The translations under genes and the position numbers were made by a program. The notes below the pieces were generated by a model. That model saw nothing but the letters and a program-made list of their open reading frames with translations, did no database searches and was not told the origin of the DNA. DNA of 64,000 nucleotides from Botryllus schlosseri (taxonomy: Eukaryota). Below, piece by piece: positions 50,707-60,507 of this stretch. Position 1 is the first letter of the stretch, and each line of letters starts with the position of its first letter. Where the stretch lies: positions 1,862,001 to 1,926,000 of the forward strand of contig CM119373.1 of the NCBI GenBank assembly GCA_051294905.1, written 5' to 3'.

Positions 50707-52798
50707 CAATGTTCCCTCTAATTTTTCGCGAGTCTGCGCAAACATGCCAACTCACTGCGCAGGCCCCTGGACAATAGTGCGCAACCAGGCCCCCCATATC
50801 GTGATAAGTCGGACTTCAGGGAGGCTTCGCTTCCCAGACCCGCCTCAGGCTGTACGCTGTTTACCGCTACATCCCTGCTTCGTTCGGTATACGTTTATTG
50901 ATTCACCTTTTCGCGCCTAAACGCGCGCGAGCGAGAAATTTTGATAATTTATGACTGAATCGGTCAATATGTTAGGGAATTGCGTATATATTGCTCTAAA
51001 TTTTTATCCTCTCTCTGCTCACGTAATCTGATTTACCGGTATAGCTGAGGGAGGTGTGTTTAAAAAGGTAGGACCCCTCAATAATAATTTATCATCTCCC
51101 GGTGTATATACCCGTTGGCAGGAACGAAACAGCACTTCGTTAGCCCCTAAAAACCCCCACCCTCCCCCCAAAAAACTTGACTCTTGGGCTCCCATAGGGG
51201 GATAAACTGCCCCCACCCATTACATTGTTCGCTTTTGCCAAGAAATTATAGCTGTACTGTTCAGGGAGCCAGCGCGGAGCGAGAAAATTTTCGATAATTC
51301 ATGATAAAATCGGTCAATAAGATCGGGAAAAGCATAATTTTTGCTATCAATTTCTTGTCCTCTCTGCTCACGTATAATCAAATTTACCGGTAGAGCTGAG
51401 TGAGGTGTCTTTAAAACTGCAGAGCACGTAAATAATAATTGAACAAATGAACATGTTCCAGCGGGCTGACCCGTTGGTATGACTTCGTTACATGATGTTA
51501 TTTCGTGACCTCCTGTATGCTGTATCAAAAATATTGAATCGCCCAAACGTACTAAACTGAAAGATCACACGATTTCGGATTGGTATTTCTTTACTGACAT
51601 ATAATTTTTTCCTGCGGGATGGTATTCGTCTTGTGAGGTTCAGATTGCCAAGACAGGAATATTCGGCGCCAGTCATTTAGGCCTACATATGGACGATTAA
51701 ACCTATACGTGTTTTCGGTCAGCATATGGCAGTCCTTTACGGCCAAGGTTTTCTCGCTGCCGATCGTTCTGGCGCACTTCTTGGTCTCGCATGTTACATG
51801 GCCTAAAACTTTATATGTCTTGGTGTATCGTGGCGCGGTAATGGCCAACGCCGATATGCCCATTTCTATAAACGTAGCGTATTTTTTCTTGGGGGAAGAG
51901 TATACCCAATAATCAATATATTTGGCGACTTAAAATCGCGCGCAGCACGAATTTTTTTTGTTTAAGTTGCTTCGAGCTCGACCCCTGCCCCCCCCCCCCC
52001 TTATTGCAAAAGTGTCCTCTTTTCAGATTTCCAAAATATGGTAATCCTAGGTATTACCTTATCGACAAAAGATTCCCGTTCAAACGAATTGAATAATATC
52101 AAAATTTTAGCTGCTGAGAAGCTGATGTGATTCAACACCTTACAGTGCACAGTTGCAGCGTTTCCCAATCAACGTTTGCAAGGGGATGGATTTTCAGCAA
52201 TGTTGGTGCTTGTACTTCCATATTCTGCATATTATCCTATCTCACCATACGTGATCAGATTTGTCTGATGAAGTGATGACTTCGAAAATTCACGGCATGT
52301 AATTGTACAGTAAATCTTACGCAATGTTCATGCCACACGGAGAAGACTATTCGTTAGTTTCTCGCAAATTAACTTCGCGCTAGCCCATTGTTATTTAGTT
52401 AAATCATGTTATTTCGCCATTCCCAGAAAAGATTGTGCTAAACTGCAATGATATCAGTATCGCTCACGGGTACGAGACCAAACTAAAAGAAAAATCTCTT
52501 TCGTGAGGCGCACGTGATTGCAGATTATCATTTCTTCGCAGAGTGCAATATTCAACTTTACTGGCCGCACTTGTACCTCGGTTTCAGACTTCACCGATAA
52601 CACTATTTGCTCCTGGCAATGTTCCCTCTAATTTTTCACGAGTCCGCTCGCTTGCGCGGTCCCTTGGAGAACAACAATTAAAAAAAGAAAAAAAAGTCAT
52701 CCCTTCGGATTTTTTTGTGCGCAGCTAAGATTTTCTGTGCGCAGAGACCGGTTCAGCACTTCGCATTTGCGCACGTGCGCAGCTTAGAGGGAACATTG
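50707..52798. mobile_element. 2.1-kb composite hAT element (family A repeat, captured block, internal MITE end)
   Basis: 15-bp TIR caatgttccctctaa / ttagagggaacattg; exact TSD gtcattgc (50699-50706, 52799-52806); second internal left TIR at 52617. Confidence 0.9.
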
Positions 52799-53357
52799 GT
52801 CATTGCCCCTTGACGAAGGTGCCAAATGCGAAACAACGCATGCCACTGTTAATGAATTGCAATGTTACCGTCCATTGTTCATTATATCAGACGTATGGCT
52901 TAATAAGTTCAGTTCGGAAATTTTATAAAGCAACTTTTGATATTTACCTAAGCATCGACTGGCTAGCTCTTCTCTCGCAGTCTATATTCTGTCCAAAATT
53001 AAAATGCTTTCATTAAAACATACACAAAATACGAACCACGGAACATGAATGGCCGCGCAATATATTAAAGTAATTTAGAACATCATAACTTGAAATTTAC
53101 CCGTAATAAAATACTCATCTCAGTTTATTTGAACACATTCTTCAATGCATAGGCAGCAATGTTTATCAAGAGCTCCGAGCCGGAGTTATGTCTTTAAAAA
53201 AAAAAAAATTTATACCAAAAAATCTTTGAACGCAATTCCATGTATTCTAGGCTGATCGATCAAATCGCTTCGCTACATTTGTTTGACTATCGCCATGTAA
53301 GGCTCAGATGCCATTTCGATATCTGAAATCTCACTGCCATGTCGTAATACTTTATAT

Positions 53358-53692
53358 CAGTGGTTCCCAACCTTTTTCGACCCATCGCCCCCTTTTCAAG
53401 GTGAACACCGATCATCGCCCCCCAAATTTTGTGTACCGAAAATTGGCCATACAAACTGTAATCAACGGCGGGTTGACTGAAAAAAAAGGTCAAACTTTCG
53501 AATCGATGGCCACAATGACACACTTTTGTAACTAAATTTACGTGGGTTGACTGAAAAAAAAAGGTCATCCGTTTTGACGCGTCATCGCCCCCTTCGCTAT
53601 TTTCGCCCCCTGTCGCCCCCTTCGTCATTTTCGCCCCCTAGACCGCCAAATCGCCCCCTGGGGGGCGATATCGCCCACGTTGGGAACCACTG
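53358..53692. mobile_element. hAT MITE (tcgcccc-repeat family; same family as 16328-17042, opposite orientation)
   Basis: TIR cagtggttcccaac / gttgggaaccactg; exact TSD ctttatat (53350-53357, 53693-53700). Confidence 0.92.
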
Positions 53693-53994
53693 CTTTATAT
53701 CTTACTGACGACTTTAATTTCATCATTTTATTTACTTATGATTTGATGATTCTTCACGACGAAGGCAATCGAATAGTTTTCACGAGTGTGCAGAAATATT
53801 TTGCAGTAAACCTTTTATTACGAGCAATTTGTTTTCAAAACCATGGTGTTATTATTAATATACAACATACAACAGTGGTGCTTATAGCCCGATTAGGGCT
53901 TTGTGCTCCACGACATCACATTTTTTATAACACAGTTCAATGTCATTTCTTCGCGCTCATTGCTCATGCGCTCGCAGTCTTTGCAGCTTCAAGG

Positions 53995-54155
53995 CTTTTA
54001 TTCGGATCTTCCTTTACCGTCGACTTATAGCTCGACCCACTGTCGTATCTGGGCTTTTTAAGTCACCGCAATTGGAGTGAGGTCGGCGATGAGGAGCCCA
54101 TATAACCTCCGACACATAGACGTTAGTCCGAACCGGGATTCGAACCACGACCATG
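53995..54155 (-). mobile_element. tRNA-derived SINE, 5'-truncated
   Basis: Minus strand B-box GGTTCGAATCC, shared body tatgtgtcggagg, tail aaaaagcccaga...aataaaa. Confidence 0.7.
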
Positions 54156-54174
54156 GTGTCTACTAGCCTACTTA

Positions 54175-54360
54175 AAGCAGTGGGTTGCGGGTTCGAGTCC
54201 GACCGAGGTCGACTTCCGAATTCCTATTCCTAGGCGTTGGAGGTTTATCTATGCTTCTCCTAGTCTCCTCGTCAACTCATCCGCGTAAGCTGGGTAGCCC
54301 TATAACAAAAAGCCTAGAGGTTTGCCGTGCCATAAGACGGCAGTTACGGAATAAAAAAAA
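54175..54360 (+). mobile_element. tRNA-derived SINE
   Basis: B-box GGTTCGAGTCC at 54190-54200, tail aaaaagcctaga...gttacggaataaaaaaaa. Confidence 0.75.
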
Positions 54361-54595
54361 TATCGGCCTGATGGTGTAAATGACTATAGTAGTCGACAAA
54401 CGCCATGAACACCACAAACAACAACAACGCGTCAATGAATTCTTGCCCATTGCCATTTTATTCATATCTTTACGGGCCTGTTCAATCAACTGGTGCAGTA
54501 GAAAATCATCAGCTCAGTTATGACTAACAGCGCAGTGTCACCAAGAAAAAAATTAAAAAGATCAGAAATGATTTATATGGTTTCAATGTCTACAG

Positions 54596-54637
54596 GTGGT
54601 GAAAATAAAAACGCATCTGCTGAACGTAACATTTCAA
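54596..54637 (+). CDS. Mini-exon, 42 nt, phase 1-1 (GGENKNASAERNIS)
   Basis: gtctacag acceptor, gtgagt donor, open frame, phase compatible with neighbours. Confidence 0.6.
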
Positions 54638-56226
54638 GTGAGTATTTACTGATTTAACAAGCTGATAAAAATAACTTGATAGATCAGCAATGTTTTTCGG
54701 ATAGACCTAAGCTTTACTCATCCATCGATTGAGCCATCAGCAAGTAGTTACGAACTGAATATAGGCCTCTGCGACCTCTCGCTCTCCCTTCACGTGTGTA
54801 TGGCATCATAATTTCTATATGTATTGATGCTTGATGTACATTCACCACTCATAGTATTACCTATATGCATAATTGTTATTAATATTAAAGATTGGGGGGT
54901 TATTGGTGAAATATCTCTTTTTAATTCTATGATAAAATCAAGTTTGAAAATTAATCAAAATATTTATTTCGGACACTTTCCAGCCTGGAAAATATACCAT
55001 GTCCAATTACTATTCATCCTTTATCAAAGTCATGAATTTATAAAATAATTTTAGCAATTCTTTATTATGAGTAAAATACAAATGTCATCGCTGAAAATGT
55101 TCAATTTAACGCAATCCCATACTTCGTTCGATATGCCAATAGTATAATTCCGCAGATATTCGTGTCGTATTATTCCGGCGATTTCATAATGGTTTCGCGT
55201 CATCTAGGTTACCCTATATGTTCATTTGAAATTTATGTGCATTTCTCATCGATTTCAAATTTTACTACCATTTGCCATAAATGCATCTGAGTGGGCGCGA
55301 ATAAGCGGTCAACTTAGAAAAATTTTCGCGCTCAGCGCAATTTACCAACAATTCAGCGGTGTTTCGCTATATACAGACCGCATTTCATGTGTTTTAATTC
55401 TCTTGTCAACAGCCATAACCTTTCCTGCCATCAAACAATCTGTTGGGATTGCTATTTTCCCGGTTGGATTTGTGATATCACGATAAGGGGGCGCGAAAGT
55501 TTTCGTGTCTGAAAAAAAGGTTGAGAACCACTGCTCTATAGAAAGGGCGGGCAAACTGCGACTCTTTCAGCTATGTTTGCGGCTATTCAATGATTGCTCA
55601 TGAGTTTCGCCATTTTGCTAGACAGGTTGAACCTGATGATAAATTGATGCATTCTATCGCGAATTACCTATATGCGATTTGTTTTCGTGTTGTTTCTTTC
55701 CTCAATGTTTACGCAAAACTTGTAAAATTTTTGGGAAAGTGGCACTAAGGTTAAATTTTCCAATTGAACTCTCAAATCAAGTTGACATAAACGTTTTACC
55801 CGTAGCTATGGTGGCTGGTCATCAATCAATCATAAATCATCGTGTGCAACAATGAACTTGATAATTATTCCCGCCAGCGCATGTAACGACAATTCCCGGG
55901 CTAGCAATGGTTAATACAGTTCTTCCATTTGTATTATAAAGGCTAGCAATAGCTGCAGAGTTTGACCAAGATACTCAAGCGATAAGTGCAGGAAAATAAA
56001 GTATGGCCAGGAAAACAGCAAATTGAAACCTCATTACGAAATCAAACACTAAGACTTTGGTAAACGAAGACCGGAGTAAACTTCATTCGATAGCCTACAT
56101 ATGAATGTGACGTAATAAATTCGTATTTTGGGTTTTTGTGTTGTGGCTCTTCTAAATCCAAGATTGTTGATATGCTGCTTAACAAGCTCTACCCCTGCTC
56201 TATAATGAAGTGTTGTGCCATGTTAG

Positions 56227-56325
56227 GGCATGCGATCTTGGCTGAAGGAGATCAGATATTTCAAGATTTTGGAAATGCTACCGTGAATGTTGTTGCAGGA
56301 GACCAGTACACGACAGTGATTAATG
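56227..56325 (+). CDS. Exon, 99 nt, phase 1-1, amyloid/RHIM-like repeat 1 (HAILAEGDQIFQDFGNATVNVVAGDQYTTVIN)
   Basis: gttag acceptor, G|gtaagc donor; paralogous to 60406-60507 at the protein level. Confidence 0.78.
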
Positions 56326-56406
56326 GTAAGCTCTAAAATGAAGCACTTGGGACCATATTCAAATAAGCCACTGTTAAGGGATAATCTCTGTGATTGCTCT
56401 TTTTAG

Positions 56407-56466
56407 GTGAGCAACAAATAATAAGTGCTGGACGAAGCGCAAGGAACGAGTCGGTGGACGAAACAG
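56407..56466 (+). CDS. Mini-exon, 60 nt, phase 1-1 (GEQQIISAGRSARNESVDET)
   Basis: ctctttttag acceptor, CAG|gtagag donor; paralog of 50407-50466. Confidence 0.7.
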
Positions 56467-56670
56467 GTAGAGTCTTTTCCAACGACCGTGTGAATTCCCT
56501 TGAGCTGGTATGAAGTAAAGCTGGCGACCTAGTGTGCATGATGAACAAGACTACAAGGTCGCATTCTTATCAGTACCGGTTACAGGCCCCAGCGTTCAGT
56601 ATATACACAATTCACTGCTATGATTAAAAGGCTCATTCATCTTCCTCTACCTTTACCATTCGCTTTTCAG

Positions 56671-56733
56671 AGGGTAATCAGGTGTCATCGTGCACGGACG
56701 TAACCGTGGAATGTGAAACAACGCATGGGGCAG
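56671..56733 (+). CDS. Mini-exon, 63 nt, phase 1-1 (EGNQVSSCTDVTVECETTHGA)
   Basis: Long pyrimidine tract ending cttttcag, CAG|gtaata donor, open frame. Confidence 0.68.
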
Positions 56734-57451
56734 GTAATATGATAAATACATTAACCAGTCGTACAGTTGAATCGCATACAATCTAACCCGCTTAATTCGG
56801 ACATCGGACAACTCGTACAACTGATTTATTCGATGAAAGTGCTCCAGTACGGAACCAATGTAAAAATTGCATGCGAAAACCCGGTTTAATTCCGACCATT
56901 CTACGCTTCATCAGGACATGAGTTCGCAATTCCAATCACTATGGGATATGGGCTTATGGCACTAGTTGGTGAAATAATGACAAACTATGCTATAATCGGC
57001 AATGAACTCAGATAATGTCGAATCAGCTATATAGTCGCTTGTACTTGGTACAATTGTATCCATCTTCTAGAACAGAATGATACCTAAAATACCATTTCAA
57101 CCGTTACTGTTTTTTGAAGAATTATTACCTATGAAAAACCTATGTGAGTATGTTACACAATGATGTAGTCCATGGTACTTGTTTAATAGTTTGGAATCGA
57201 AATACTGCAAAATACAACTAGCACAGTGGTTCTTACGCTTAGTCACCAGCGTAACACCAACGCTGATCTACAAGCCTTCGCAGTACCCCAAATCTTCGTC
57301 GACCCATAAAATCAAAAATATATCACAACACAAATCCAACTACACAATACAGTATAGATTACCGGTGCAAAAAATGAGCAGCTCGTCAGCATAGCGGTAA
57401 AATAGCGAAACCAGATATTATTTTCATACAAAATGAAAGTATTCTTATGAG

Positions 57452-59716
57452 CATAGGCGCCGACATTTATTTTTGCATGGGGTGGCGGCAGGCGCGTAGC
57501 CAGGGGGGTGTCGAAACCCCGTCCTTTTGAAACGCAATACCCCGTCCTTTTGAAATGACCATTCTGATGCTAATATTCCGTTGCATTAAACAAGTCGTAT
57601 AATTAGTGTTACGCGCGGTCGCAATCAATTAGCGAGATTCGTCTGTGCACGCAACGCGATCTCCCGCTGAGATCATTGCGAAATTAGGTCATTGATTGCC
57701 GAGCACTCGGCATTCAATTCTGGACTGAGCACTGAGCAGTGGTAGGCACAACAATTCTGGAACACGAAAGACAGACAAGAAATATGATTACAAACGCGTA
57801 CGGTCAATCAGTAATTATTCCTTACCTCCAACACAATGGGATTTTACTTCGTATTGAGTAGCTCACATCGCGACAATTGGTTGCCGATCAACTTTGCGCT
57901 CAGAGAATATTTATCACAAAAATGGTTCACAAAATATTTTAAACGCGGCTTGCGGCCCTCATCGATGCAAATATTGCACTTTAATTTGTAGAAGGTGACC
58001 GCATATTTGGTCGTCAAATCGCGATAGGAGATGGTGTTTCTCAGAGCGCGCGATGAAATCCAAGTTTCTAGCGATGAGGTCGAATTTTTACATCTCATAA
58101 CGATCGTTAGTTTGCTGGAATGAGCATCAGTGCGCTGTGCGAAATACATAGTAGTGATCAATTTTATCGGACTGTACAATTGGCCGGCAAGGTTGCGATG
58201 ATACCGAAATTGTAGACATGCCGCAAACCAGCGATAATTACAATAACAGGGCGCGCTAGTAGTACCTAAATGCCCAGATTCGGCAATGGCAACGAGCACG
58301 ATTTGTTCAGATGCGGGCACAAGTTTTAATCAAAAAGATACATAAACAGTAAACACAAGCAATATTACAGTCAGAGATTGTTACTGCATGCAGACGCGCT
58401 AAATCAAATCACCGACGACAGTGCACACGAGATATCGATGACCCATTTCGCATACGAATGATTCCCGCTAATTTGGAGTACTCAGCATCGATAACACGAA
58501 TTGTGAATTGAGATTTCAAAAGGACTTGATTTCTAGTTTTAAATGAGAAACTCACTGGCTACGCACGTATAGTGTTTTAATTCCGACAACGCGCTGGTTA
58601 ATATCAGCCCCGAGCCTACGGCCTACGTAGGTCCCGATCAGCCAGTCGAATTAAATCGTGAAATGGTGCGATTTTAATTATCAAGGTGCTATTGCAGCAA
58701 GAGCAATATGGGCACATTCCGCAACCTTACAATGCGAGTACAAATCCCAATGGTTTGAAATTTGTTCCGCGATATGGTTGCGCCCGATAGAGTCCGTCCA
58801 GCAATGAAGTCTATAGGAACATAGAAGGTTCCCGCTCAAACTAATCGATTAAATTTAGAATTTGCGCCACAGAGAATCTCTTGTTGCAGCAATATTTGTC
58901 AACGTAATTCAACGCCGTGCACTGCACAATGCGCAGTATTAATAACAAATTAAACGCTGACAAGTGACATCAAGGGAATACGAATGTATAAAGCAGACAA
59001 GAATTAGTAGCCTACAGTTGTTAGCAAACGAGAAAGCGCTCCTAATCAGTTATTCCTCAACTTGCGTACAGCACAATGAGGTTCCGAGTCTGATATCGCG
59101 ACAATTGTTTGCTCATTATAACGACGTTGGAGATGCATTGCTGCATTTCCCGATAAAAGTCAGCAAAGCCTTGTTAGAGTAATGAATATGTACATTTTGC
59201 GCAGGAATGTCTTTCTATTCGCAGGCATACACTTTCCTATTCCTCGTTCCAATTAAAAAGACTATCATGAAACTAACTCAAGAATTAGTTTGTGAACGAA
59301 TATGCGCGCAAATACAATTTAATTGAGAGAAGTAGAACGTGAATACGTTCGTCTGGTCAAGAGAGGAGCTGTTGTTTCTCAGCACAAGCGTGTCGAAATC
59401 GACGCCGTCAACGAGGTCGCTTCGATTGTATGATTAGTGATTAGTTGATTACTAATCAATCACGGATTACACTTTATTGGGGCGTAGTTCGTCGTCGCCG
59501 ACGAAGCTGAGTATCCAATTATCCACGCGCGTATTGGTTAATGGTAAATAGTTGGCATTTACGCGATATCACGGACTCGCTAATTGACAGCGCAGACGGA
59601 GGGCGTTAAGCATTTTGCATGGGGTGGCCGCCACCCCATAATTGTGTCATGGGGTGGCCGCCACCCCATAATTGTGTCATGGGGTGGCTGCGCCACCCCG
59701 TAACTCGGCGCCTATG
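57452..59716. mobile_element. 2.3-kb non-autonomous hAT element in an intron
   Basis: TIR cataggcgccga / tcggcgcctatg; exact TSD cttatgag (57444-57451, 59717-59724); 30-bp tandem units at 59618-59700. Confidence 0.9.
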
Positions 59717-60405
59717 CTTATGAGTATTTGTTGAAAATCGGCGTGACTTCTATTTTTTTCATCAATATACCAGTTCGAAATTGGTGAGCATCACTTTGGA
59801 AAGAGCTATCACATGGTATGTTGAAAAGTCGAAACGCAACAGCGTGATGCCGATTGCTTTTAAATAGGAGCTTACAAATGTTGGACGTAGAATCATTCAA
59901 CATTTCAGAAGGATAAGGTTTGAATTTTGAAACCAGCGTTTCCTGACTATTACAATGCATACAACGTACACCACAACCGTACAAATAAGACTAGTGATCG
60001 CGCCTAATCGACTGCAGCCAATCATGGTCAGTACTGGTATATCATTACAAATATTATGTATGACTTGCGGATGTGTCGTGGCCCTGATTGTTCCATTGAA
60101 CACCGGTTAAGAACCAATGAGGGTTCAAATCGAAGGATTTGATGCGTTCACTCCAACTAATGTAGTATAGTGCAGCATCAATTTATCAATTTTTAGGCGT
60201 TGTCAAACTTTGCGAATAACCAATGACCATGACACGAACAATTGATTTTCCAACTAATTCAGGGAAAGCCTTTTCTCCGCTCAATTCGACCCGAAGTGAG
60301 CGTAATTAAACTGTCCGCATTAAACGGAGTTGACTGTATTTACAATTACTGTAATAGAAATATATGTTGCTAATCATCAGATATTGGGGTTTACACTACC
60401 AGCAG

Positions 60406-60507
60406 GTCTTGCAACATTGGCCGAAGGTAATCAAGTCAATCAAAGGTTTGATAACAGCACCCTGAACGTTGTTGCAGGAGACCTGAATATCACCAATGTG
60501 ATCAAAG
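60406..60507 (+). CDS. Exon, 102 nt, phase 1-1, amyloid/RHIM-like repeat 2 (GLATLAEGNQVNQRFDNSTLNVVAGDLNITNVIK)
   Basis: ccagcag acceptor, AAG|gtgagc donor; paralogous to 56227-56325. Confidence 0.78.

Noticed and set aside
54130..54205. tRNA genes suggested by GGTTCGA motifs
   Set aside because: No cloverleaf; followed by SINE body and A-rich tail.
57844..58320. Longest ORF in the track (158 aa)
   Set aside because: GTG start, no recognisable domain, inside a non-autonomous hAT in an intron.
59618..59700. Palindromic 30-bp repeats resembling CRISPR repeats
   Set aside because: Head-to-tail identical units without spacers, inside a TIR/TSD-defined transposon.
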